Assembly: GCA_964481375.1 (NCBI GenBank)
Contig: CAYZUJ010000006.1
Span: forward strand, 415 to 35,091
Direction of reading: 5' to 3'
Length of the DNA: 34,677 nucleotides
Source: an uncultured Neisseria sp.
Lineage (GTDB): Bacteria > Pseudomonadota > Gammaproteobacteria > Burkholderiales > UBA11063
Below the pieces are notes generated by a model that ran no database searches, was not told the DNA's origin, and saw only the letters and a list, made by a program, of their open reading frames with translations. Made by a program: the position numbers and the translations under genes. Positions 9,759 through 17,895 of the stretch are shown piece after piece. Within the stretch, counting starts at the first letter, position 1; every line of letters begins with the position of its first letter.

Positions 9759-9913
9759 GCCAATAAAAACATATTTTGACCTGGGCGAGTTGGTATACTA
9801 ATTATACCTAAATATTCCTTTTCTTCTATCATCACTGCCAATCGCTCAAATTCGATGCCTCTTTTTTTATAAATCTTATGTGTCTTTTCTAGATTCCATT
9901 TAACAATTTTTAC
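9743..9913 (-). pseudogene. Truncated BrnT-like type II toxin; not in the ORF track
   Basis: Hand translation VKIVKWNLEKTHKIYKKRGIEFERLAVMIEEKEYLGIISIPTRPGQNMFLL|APIVK*; WNxEK...RGIxFE...P.Q..F is a BrnT-like N half; first codon is GTA (no valid start); C-terminal half and antitoxin absent. Confidence 0.65.
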
Positions 9914-9995
9914 ACTAAATACAAATAGTTGTATGAAAAAAATATCTTGGAAATATAAAATAAATTGTTCAAGCCCAGAATAGTGCTATATTTTT

Positions 9996-10766
9996 TTAGT
10001 CATTATTTATTAAAAAAGGTATTAAATTGTATGCTTTTGCTTTATCTATTAATTGACTTGTGTTTTGAACTTCGAGCTTAGCATATAAACGTTTATTAAT
10101 AATCGAGTGTATCGTACTACCAGCTATAATACTACCATTTATAATTGTTAAAATCTGGGCAATTTCTTTAGGGGATTTATTTAAAGATAAATAGTATAAA
10201 ATTTCTTTTTCTCTAGCACTAAGTTTAATTTTTATCAGTTTGATTTTGCTTGGCAATTTATCTGTTATCCCAAGTTTTTCATGTAAATTTGATATTTGAT
10301 ATCCGTTGATTAAATGTAGAAGTTTTTCTACAAATTTTTGGAACTTTTTTTGCTCTTCAGCAATGATTTTATGTTTTTCTACTTCTAGTCTTAATTCTTC
10401 TGTTTTAACTCTGGCTGTTATATCATGACAAATACCTAATATTCCGATAGTTTTACCTTTTTCTTTGATGGGTGCTTTAATGGTTTCTGATATAATTGTA
10501 TTACCGTTAGCCAATGGGATTTGTTCAACACGCTTAATAATAACCCCTTTTGACAATACAGCCTCGTCGTCTTTAATATAATTTGTAGCATATATCCCAC
10601 TAGGTAAATCAAAATCGTTTTTTCCAATCAAATCTTCATATTTAGTTAAGCCAGCGATTTCTTTTAAAAACAACTCATTACAGCCAACAAATTTACTTTC
10701 TATATCTTTCCAAAATACGTAACTAGGAATATGTAACAATAATGATTCATTTAGACTTAATGACAC
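9996..10766 (-). CDS. PAS-domain + LuxR-type HTH transcriptional regulator
   Basis: PAS_4-like VFWKD....VGCN..F....LIGKNDFDL...DD..V...K.PI...GILGICHDIT, charged linker, then LSAREKEIL..L....SPKEIAQIL...KLEV.NTSQLI. Confidence 0.85.
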   Translation of the reverse strand: MSLSLNESLLLHIPSYVFWKDIESKFVGCNELFLKEIAGLTKYEDLIGKNDFDLPSGIYATNYIKDDEAVLSKGVIIKRVEQIPLANGNTIISETIKAPIKEKGKTIGILGICHDITARVKTEELRLEVEKHKIIAEEQKKFQKFVEKLLHLINGYQISNLHEKLGITDKLPSKIKLIKIKLSAREKEILYYLSLNKSPKEIAQILTIINGSIIAGSTIHSIINKRLYAKLEVQNTSQLIDKAKAYNLIPFLINND

Positions 10767-11247
10767 AAAGGTCTCCTTTTTTAGCTTTTGTTAATTGATC
10801 ATAATAAATATTACTAGCAAAAATATCATTTTCGTCAGGGCTCCAAATTGCATACTCTTTATCAATGATTTTATTATAAGCATGATTTCTAATTTCTAAA
10901 AAAGCACACTCTGTCTCAGTAAATAAAGTGTGATAAATATTGTGGGGGATTTCCACAAAAACAATATCCTTGGGACTCAAAATAAATTTATCAATGATTA
11001 TACCAGTATCATCAAATATCAACACAATAGCTTTACCATAAATAATTGAAAACTGTTCCAATTGGTATATATTAGGGTGTTTATGTGGTCTTATGTATGC
11101 CTTTTTAGATAAGCAGTTAATAAAAGTTTGAGGTACTTCCTCAATCGACTTATTTAATAATAATGGAATGCGTCTTTTTTGCAATTCATTAGCTTGGTTT
11201 ATTGTTGATTTTATCTTGTTATTAGATATTTTTTTTACTTGTATCAT
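10747..11247 (-). CDS. WbuC-family cupin-fold metalloprotein
   Basis: Q.FIN......YIRPHKH......E.F....G...VLIFDD.G, VEIP...YHTL, FLEI, KEYA.WSPDE. Confidence 0.8.
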   Translation of the reverse strand: MIQVKKISNNKIKSTINQANELQKRRIPLLLNKSIEEVPQTFINCLSKKAYIRPHKHPNIYQLEQFSIIYGKAIVLIFDDTGIIIDKFILSPKDIVFVEIPHNIYHTLFTETECAFLEIRNHAYNKIIDKEYAIWSPDENDIFASNIYYDQLTKAKKGDLCVIKSK

Positions 11248-11474
11248 AATTTATCTTCAAAATTGTTACTTATTACAACTATTAATTTCTTTAAAATTTT
11301 AACATGATTGGATTTTAAAGCAAATAAGGAAAATTTCCCATAAATATTTAGACACATTACATTAATTATAAAATGTTTTAATTATAAGGGGGTAACTTGT
11401 CTTTTAATAATATTTATTGCTTTTTAGAGCTTATTGGTGAACATCTTATTGTATTATATATTGGATTAAAAAGT

Positions 11475-11492
11475 CTAGTGACATTTTTGTTA
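11475..11492. repeat. 18-bp sequence CTAGTGACATTTTTGTTA, copy 1; candidate operator
   Basis: Identical to 22413-22430; core GTGACA-N4-TGTTA(T/C) pseudo-palindrome; lies in a divergent intergenic region. Confidence 0.6.
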
Positions 11493-11626
11493 TTAATAAA
11501 ATACTTTTATTAAATCATCTACCACAGATTTTAGTTATCTTTTGTCCCAATAATTTGTATATATTATTTTTTAACTTAACTAATATAATTCTAGATGATA
11601 TATTATTAAATTTTAAGGTAATAAAT

Positions 11627-11893
11627 ATGAAAACTTATAATCATCCAATTTTAACAGAAAAAGAAGAGCAAATTTTATTTCTATTAATTCATAATTACTC
11701 TCAACAAGAAATTGCCCAATTGCTTCAATACTCAATATGTGAAGTAGTAGAAATTATAGCTGAAAGTTTATGTAGCAAATTTAGGTTGCCCCGATTTTCA
11801 ACTCAACTACTAATTAATAAAGCGATTGCTAAAGGTTATGCTATGATAATACCAGAGAAATTATTACCACCTAGGTTAGGTATTCAAAGGTAA
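11627..11893 (+). CDS. Stand-alone LuxR-type HTH protein, 88 aa
   Basis: LTEKEEQILFLL....SQQEIAQLL...LCSKF....TQLLINKAI resembles the C domain of 9996..10766; ATG 11627 has AAGG upstream and is preferred to TTG 11555. Confidence 0.7.
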   Translation: MKTYNHPILTEKEEQILFLLIHNYSQQEIAQLLQYSICEVVEIIAESLCSKFRLPRFSTQLLINKAIAKGYAMIIPEKLLPPRLGIQR

Positions 11894-12017
11894 TTACTTT
11901 TAATGCCAATTTATATAATAAAATTCATCTTTTCAAGCTACATAGCTTATAATAACAAAGGTTTTATATGGATTGGTAAGACAAAGTTATAATACTTTTT
12001 GTGCAAATTTGTTATGA

Positions 12018-12434
12018 TTATAAAGTATGGATTTTTTCTAGATTATAAAACAACCATTGTGTTATAAAATGTACTAATGTAGGTGCCATTAAATCATACG
12101 CTTTTAAATCTAAAAATTTAACTTCTTTTACTTCTGTTTGTGCTGTTATTTGGCCTGTCCATTTTGCTGTATAACAATTTAATTCAACATTAATATTTTC
12201 CTGCATATATGCAGGGCCTTCAAATGTAGTAAGGTATTTAATTGTTTTAGGTAAAAGCTCTATTAATAATTCTTCCCTGATCTCTCTTATTAAAGCTTGT
12301 TTTGCTGTTTCATTTTTCTCTATTTTGCCTCCTGGGAGATAAAATTTTTTATAATCATGTGTGCGTACCAATAATATTTTTTCCTTTGATTTATCTACAG
12401 CAATTAAACATGCACATTTTATTCTACTAGCCAT
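12018..12434 (-). CDS. NUDIX hydrolase
   Basis: Nudix box PGGKIEKNETAKQALIREIREEL. Confidence 0.9.
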   Translation of the reverse strand: MASRIKCACLIAVDKSKEKILLVRTHDYKKFYLPGGKIEKNETAKQALIREIREELLIELLPKTIKYLTTFEGPAYMQENINVELNCYTAKWTGQITAQTEVKEVKFLDLKAYDLMAPTLVHFITQWLFYNLEKIHTL

Positions 12435-12723
12435 TTTTTATCAAGCCCTAATTTTGCTACTTTATATCCTAAACTAACCATTTTATTATAACCAAGTTTA
12501 ACCTTAATATTATTTAAGTGTGATTCCACTGTTCTTGTGCTACAGTTAAGCGTCTAAGGCTGTTTTACCCTCAATTGCTAACTCTAAATAATTTATTTTT
12601 TTACTAGTTAAATGTATATTATTTAGATTATGTTTATTTCTTATAGCTATTCTAATTAATTTAAAATTTCTGGGTTTTTATTACTAGAACCCATATGTGT
12701 ATTGTACAATATTTTAACATTTT

Positions 12724-12792
12724 TAAGAGATGTTAACTTTATTTGTAATGTAAAATCCATCTGTTTTCTTATAACATCTCTTATGATATAAT
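12724..12792 (+). promoter_or_regulatory. Candidate fabI-operon promoter with an upstream 12-bp inverted repeat
   Basis: TAAGAGATGTTA (12724-12735) / TAACATCTCTTA (12772-12783), then extended -10 TG-A-TATAAT (12784-12792), 36 nt before the fabI ATG. Confidence 0.5.
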
Positions 12793-12828
12793 TATGTAAT
12801 TGACTATAATTGTTGGGGGTATATTGTA

Positions 12829-13614
12829 ATGGGTTTATTAACGGGCAAAAATATTTTAATTACAGGACTATTATCAGATAGGTCAATAGCTTATGGGGTT
12901 GCCAAGGCATGTTATAGAGAAGGGGCGCAACTAGCTTTTACATATCAATCTGATAGATTTGAAGAACGAGTAAAAAAATTGGCAGAAGCATTTGATGGGA
13001 AAATTTTTTTGCCGTGTGATGTGTCTAATGACCATGAAGTTGAGCAATTATTTGTTGAATTAGGCAAAAAATGGGCTAAATTAGATGGAGTTTTACATTC
13101 TATTGCTTTTTCACCTAAAGAAGGTTTAATGGGGGATTTTGTAGAGAATGTTAATCGAGAAGTTTTTCGCATTGCTAATGATATAACAGCTTATAGTTTT
13201 TCTGCTATAGCCAAGAGTGCGAGAAATTTATTAAGTAAAGCAAATGGGTCTTTATTAACACTTACTTATTTAGGAAGTGAAAAAGTTGTGCCTAATTATA
13301 ATATGGCAGGAGTAGCTAAAGCTGCCTTAGAAGCTACAACCCGATATGTTGCTGCTAATTTAGGTAAAGATGGAATAAGAGTTAATGCAATTTCAGCAGG
13401 TCCCATAAAAACATTAGCTGCCAGTGGTATTAGTGGGTTTGGGAAAATATTAGATCATGTAGCAAAAAATGCTCCTTTAAAAAGAAATGTAACTGCTGAA
13501 GAAGTGGGAAATGCAGCGGCGTTTTTGTTTTCAGAATTATCAAGCGGTATAACTGGAGAAATATTATATGTTGATGCTGGGTATAATATTATGGCCTCAG
13601 GGTTAGAGGATTAG
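12829..13614 (+). CDS. fabI: Enoyl-ACP reductase FabI
   Basis: SIAYGVA, HSIAF, TLTYLGS, PNYN.AGVAKAALEA, VNAISAGPIKTLAASGI. Confidence 0.98.
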   Translation: MGLLTGKNILITGLLSDRSIAYGVAKACYREGAQLAFTYQSDRFEERVKKLAEAFDGKIFLPCDVSNDHEVEQLFVELGKKWAKLDGVLHSIAFSPKEGLMGDFVENVNREVFRIANDITAYSFSAIAKSARNLLSKANGSLLTLTYLGSEKVVPNYNMAGVAKAALEATTRYVAANLGKDGIRVNAISAGPIKTLAASGISGFGKILDHVAKNAPLKRNVTAEEVGNAAAFLFSELSSGITGEILYVDAGYNIMASGLED

Positions 13615-13615
13615 T

Positions 13616-14599
13616 ATGGAAAAATCGATAGATAAGTCTAAAATATTGGATATTGCTTATCAGGTTTTTGAAGATGAAATACAAGGGATTAAGGATTTAT
13701 TTAATAATATTGATGATAATTTTACTAATGTAATAATGAAAATTTTAAACTGTAAAGGTAAAGTTATCGTAACAGGTTTAGGAAAATCGGGGCATATTGG
13801 GAGAAAGGTGGCAGCAACTTTTGCTTCAACTGGAACTCCATCATTTTTTATTCATCCTACAGAAGCGATGCATGGTGATTTAGGTGCTATTGAGAATGAG
13901 GATATTGTAATTGCTATATCTTATTCTGGGGAGGCAGATGAAATATTATCAATAATACCAGCTTTGAAACGAAAACATATTCCTTTAATTGCGATGAGTG
14001 CAAATAAAGAGTCAAGTTTAGCTAAATTATCCGATTATTTTTTAAATATAAAAATTAGTAAAGAAGCATGTCCCCTAGGTTTAGCACCAACTACAAGTAC
14101 CACTGCCAGTTTAGTTTTAGGCGATGCATTAGCTGTTAGTCTACTATCATTAAAAGAATTTAAAACTGAGGACTTTGCTCTATCTCACCCAGGTGGAAGC
14201 TTGGGACGTAGATTATTAATTAGATCAAGTGATTTAATGCATACGGGTAAACTCTTGCCAAAAGTAGCATTTAGTGCTACTTTAAAAGATGTAGTTGTGG
14301 AAATAAGCAGTAAAGGGTTAGGGTTTAGTGCTGTTTTAGGTCAAGATAATAAGTTAGTTGGAATAGTTACCGATGGTGATTTAAGAAGATCATTAGATAA
14401 GAGTTTAGATATATTTTCAACTACAGCCTACGACATAATGACAAAATCCCCTAAAGTTTTAAAAGAAGATGGTCTTGCAGTAGAAGCTATTGAGTTAATG
14501 GAAAAATATAAAATTACAGGATTTTTAGTTGTAGATAAAGATGATAATTTAGTTGGTGCATATAATCTACATGATTTATTAAAAGCAAAGTTAATCTAG
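13616..14599 (+). CDS. kdsD: Arabinose-5-phosphate isomerase (SIS + CBS)
   Basis: GLGKSGHIG, ASTGTP, EAMHGDLG, EACPLGLAPTTST, HPGGSLG; C-terminal CBS pair. Confidence 0.96.
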   Translation: MEKSIDKSKILDIAYQVFEDEIQGIKDLFNNIDDNFTNVIMKILNCKGKVIVTGLGKSGHIGRKVAATFASTGTPSFFIHPTEAMHGDLGAIENEDIVIAISYSGEADEILSIIPALKRKHIPLIAMSANKESSLAKLSDYFLNIKISKEACPLGLAPTTSTTASLVLGDALAVSLLSLKEFKTEDFALSHPGGSLGRRLLIRSSDLMHTGKLLPKVAFSATLKDVVVEISSKGLGFSAVLGQDNKLVGIVTDGDLRRSLDKSLDIFSTTAYDIMTKSPKVLKEDGLAVEAIELMEKYKITGFLVVDKDDNLVGAYNLHDLLKAKLI

Positions 14600-14623
14600 A
14601 TTTTTAAATAGAAATAAAATAAT

Positions 14624-15157
14624 ATGAATAAATCAGATATTGTAAAAAATAAAGCAAAAAATATACAGTTAATAGCTATAGATATTGATGGAGTTTTAAC
14701 TGATGGTTCTTTATTTATAGGTGAAGATTTAAAAGAACCTTTAGCTAAATTTAGTATTTATGATGGGATAGGTATAAAAATTGCTCATGATTGCGGTTTA
14801 AAATTTGCCGTTTTATCGGGGCGCCAATCTTTAGGTTCTGAAACTAGATGTAAAAAATTAGGAATAGAAGAAGTATATACGGGTGTATTAGATAAAAAAC
14901 AAAAATTAGAAGAAATTGTTAGCAGATTAGCTATTAAATTAGAAAATGTTGCTTATATGGGCGATGATATTATTGATTTACAAACTCTAAATATAGTTGG
15001 TTTAAAGGTTGCACCGCCTAATGCAGTGCAAATAGTTAAAGAGAATGTGGATTTTGTGACAAAAGCTTTTGGTGGGCATGGGGCTTTGCGTGAACTTATT
15101 GAATACATTTTAATTTCTCAAAATAAGTATGATGCTTATATAAAAAATTTTTTTTGA
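14624..15157 (+). CDS. kdsC: KDO 8-phosphate phosphatase (HAD)
   Basis: DIDGVLTDG, DGIG, LSGR, YMGDDIID, GGHGALRE; after kdsD. Confidence 0.94.
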   Translation: MNKSDIVKNKAKNIQLIAIDIDGVLTDGSLFIGEDLKEPLAKFSIYDGIGIKIAHDCGLKFAVLSGRQSLGSETRCKKLGIEEVYTGVLDKKQKLEEIVSRLAIKLENVAYMGDDIIDLQTLNIVGLKVAPPNAVQIVKENVDFVTKAFGGHGALRELIEYILISQNKYDAYIKNFF

Positions 15158-15175
15158 ACAATATAGAATATAGAG

Positions 15176-15748
15176 ATGAGTAGATTATATACTTCAAAAT
15201 TATTTCAATTTGGAGCAATTGTAGTTGTTTCATCTTTATGTTTATTGCTTAATTCATTAACAGAAATTAATTTTGATGGGATTGAGCTTCCTAAAGATCG
15301 TCCAGAGTATAATGCAAAAGGTGTGGGTGTAAGTGTATATAATAGGAGCGGCAAATTATTATATGATTTATCAAGTGAAACTGCTTGGGAATATCCATCA
15401 GATGATAAAGTTTACTTGGATAATTTAAGTATAAACATGTATAATGAAAGTTCTGATATTCTCAAATACAATGTTTTTAGCCATAATGGCTGGGTTATTT
15501 ATAATAATAAAACAGGCCTTTTAGGTGAAAGTACAGTAATAACGGTTAATGATTTAGATGCAAAAAAAATTATTCGGATATATGGCAAGCAAATTAATTT
15601 AAATTTAAACACCAATATGGCTACAAGTAGTGAAGATGTTAAAGCCGTACAAAATAAAACAAGTGTATCAGCCCATGGATTTAGTTATGATCATGATAAA
15701 AAATTCTTAGTTTTAAACTCTAAAGTTAAAGTAATATATGAAAAATAA
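15176..15748 (+). CDS. lptC: LPS export protein LptC
   Basis: N-terminal TM helix, P.Y motif, beta-rich body; position between kdsC and lptA. Confidence 0.85.
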   Translation: MSRLYTSKLFQFGAIVVVSSLCLLLNSLTEINFDGIELPKDRPEYNAKGVGVSVYNRSGKLLYDLSSETAWEYPSDDKVYLDNLSINMYNESSDILKYNVFSHNGWVIYNNKTGLLGESTVITVNDLDAKKIIRIYGKQINLNLNTNMATSSEDVKAVQNKTSVSAHGFSYDHDKKFLVLNSKVKVIYEK

Positions 15749-16283
15749 TTCAATTAAAATGTCGTTTCAATTTATAAAAATAGTAATATTTTTAACTATT
15801 ATATTCCCGGTTTCTACTTATGCTTTAAAAGGAGATGAGCAGCAGCCTATAAAGATTGAGGCTGATTCAGGAACTGCAGATATGAAACAGATGATGACAG
15901 TTTTTAATGGTAATGTAATTATTACTCAAGGTTCTTTAGTTGTACATGCAGATAAAGCTACAGCAGAACAAGATTCTAGTGGTTATAGATCTATTATTTT
16001 ATATGGCAAACCAGTTGTATTTGAACAGATTGATAACGATGGTGGCAAAATTGAAGGCCAAGGTAATCAATTTAATTACAATACTAAAAATAATTTAGCA
16101 TTATTAACAGGAAGAGCCAGAGTTAAGAAAGGTAACAATATTATTATTGCTAATGTAATTACATATAACACAAAAACGCAAGTATATAGTGCTACTGCTC
16201 AACCATCTAATGGAGTAAATAGAAAAACTAGTGGAAGAATAACTGTTATATTGGATAAGATTAATAATGATAATAGAAAATAA
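15738..16283 (+). CDS. lptA: LPS transport periplasmic protein LptA
   Basis: Signal peptide, D..QPIKIEAD, F.GNV.ITQG, G.PV.FEQ, GRITV. Confidence 0.93.
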   Translation: MKNNSIKMSFQFIKIVIFLTIIFPVSTYALKGDEQQPIKIEADSGTADMKQMMTVFNGNVIITQGSLVVHADKATAEQDSSGYRSIILYGKPVVFEQIDNDGGKIEGQGNQFNYNTKNNLALLTGRARVKKGNNIIIANVITYNTKTQVYSATAQPSNGVNRKTSGRITVILDKINNDNRK

Positions 16284-17013
16284 ACCAAAAAGTGGTTTTT
16301 TAGAAGTAAAAAATTTAAAGAAGCGCTTTAAAAAAAGAATGGTAGTTAAAGATGTATCATTTTATGTAAAAAGTGGTGAAGTAATTGGTTTATTAGGGCC
16401 TAATGGTGCTGGTAAAACTACAAGCTTTTATATGGTATCTGGTCTTTTATCTAGTGATGGAGGAGATGTTATTTTAGATGGGGTAAATATTAAAAGGTTA
16501 CCAATTCATAAAAGAGCACAGTTAGGTTTAGGTTATTTACCACAAGAGTCTTCTATCTTTAGGCAAATGACAGTTGAAGAGAATATTAGAGCTATATTAG
16601 AATTAAAAAATTTGTCTAAAAAAGAAATAGATCGAGAAGTAGATAATTTATTAATGGATTTAAACATTGATCATTTAAGAGAAGTAACAGCAATGGCTTT
16701 ATCAGGAGGAGAAAGGCGTCGATGTGAAATAGCACGTGCTTTGGCAAATTCTCCACGTTTTATTTTGTTAGATGAACCATTTGCTGGGGTTGATCCAATT
16801 GCAGTTAGTGATATTCAAAAGGTAATAGTATTTTTGAAAAATATGGGTATTGGGGTGATTATAACTGATCATAATGTGCGTGAAACTTTAAGGATATGTG
16901 ATCGAGGATATATAATAAATGAAGGGTTAGTACTAGCTAGTGGCGAACCAAGCCTTTTAGTAAATGACCCAAGAGTTAGAGAAGTATATTTAGGGGAACA
17001 TTTCAAGTTATGA
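16267..17013 (+). CDS. lptB: LPS export ABC ATPase LptB
   Basis: GPNGAGKTTSFYM, GYLPQE.SIFR, LSGGERRR.EIAR, LLDEPFAGVDP, ITDHNVRETL. Confidence 0.98.
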   Translation: MIIENKPKSGFLEVKNLKKRFKKRMVVKDVSFYVKSGEVIGLLGPNGAGKTTSFYMVSGLLSSDGGDVILDGVNIKRLPIHKRAQLGLGYLPQESSIFRQMTVEENIRAILELKNLSKKEIDREVDNLLMDLNIDHLREVTAMALSGGERRRCEIARALANSPRFILLDEPFAGVDPIAVSDIQKVIVFLKNMGIGVIITDHNVRETLRICDRGYIINEGLVLASGEPSLLVNDPRVREVYLGEHFKL

Positions 17014-17846
17014 ATAATTTTTTGTTACCAGATGCAAAAGATGCTGTTAGTTATATTAAATCCATATTTAAATCAGAAATTCCCAAAGTTGCCGTTATAT
17101 TAGGTTCTGGTTTAGGTGATTTTACAAAAATTGTTAAAATAATTCATTCTATTCCATATAAAGAAATTCCCGGGTTTCCTCATAATAATAGTGAAGTTCA
17201 GGGGCATAAGGGGAACCTTACACTAGCTATGGTAGATAATGGTAAAGAAATATTAATATTGGAGGGGAGATTTCATTATTATCAAGGATATACACCACAA
17301 CAAGTTGTTTTACCAATTATAGTGCTACATTTATTAGGGGTAGATACTTTAATAATAAGTAATGCTGCTGGAGGCTGTAATCCGCATTTTAAAGAAGGTG
17401 ATTTAATGATAATTAATGATCATATTAATTTAACAGGTAATCATCCTTTAATAGGGGATAATGATGCAAACTATGGACCAAGATTTTTAGATCAAACACA
17501 GCCATATAACCAAGAGTTAATTGAAAAAGCAAAAGAAGTCGCAAAAAAATTAGATATGCAATTACAAGAAGGCGTGTATATAAGTGTTACAGGACCTACC
17601 TATGAAACTAAAGCAGAGGTTCGAATGTGTCAAATTTTAGGTGCAGATGCAGTTGGTATGTCAACTGTTTATGAAGTTATTATGGCTAATTATTTTAAAA
17701 TGAAAGTTTTAGCAATTTCAACAATAACAAATATGGCAACAGGTTTAAGCAAAGCTAAACATAGTCATCAAAATATTATAGATTCTGCTAATCTTATAAG
17801 TGCGAAGTTTTCTAATTTGGTTAAACAGATTATTAAAAAGTGTTAA
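17010..17846 (+). CDS. punA: Purine nucleoside phosphorylase, trimeric PunA/XapA type
   Basis: ILGSGLG, GHKG, GRFHYYQGY, NAAGG, DHIN, GPTYET.AE, GADAVGMST, ITN. Confidence 0.9.
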   Translation: MNNFLLPDAKDAVSYIKSIFKSEIPKVAVILGSGLGDFTKIVKIIHSIPYKEIPGFPHNNSEVQGHKGNLTLAMVDNGKEILILEGRFHYYQGYTPQQVVLPIIVLHLLGVDTLIISNAAGGCNPHFKEGDLMIINDHINLTGNHPLIGDNDANYGPRFLDQTQPYNQELIEKAKEVAKKLDMQLQEGVYISVTGPTYETKAEVRMCQILGADAVGMSTVYEVIMANYFKMKVLAISTITNMATGLSKAKHSHQNIIDSANLISAKFSNLVKQIIKKC

Positions 17847-17895
17847 ATCAGTAAATATTACATATAGAGTTTTCTTATTTTTATAGGAGAATGAG

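Noticed and set aside
11935-11948. AAGCTA-CA-TAGCTT as a terminator between the HTH and NUDIX genes
   Set aside because: Weak 6-bp stem, loop too short, no clear U tract
12510-12680. Start-less minus frame ending ...LELAIEGKTALDA*, faintly ankyrin-like
   Set aside because: Only a 6-residue resemblance (GKTALD), no start codon; cannot be supported without a profile search
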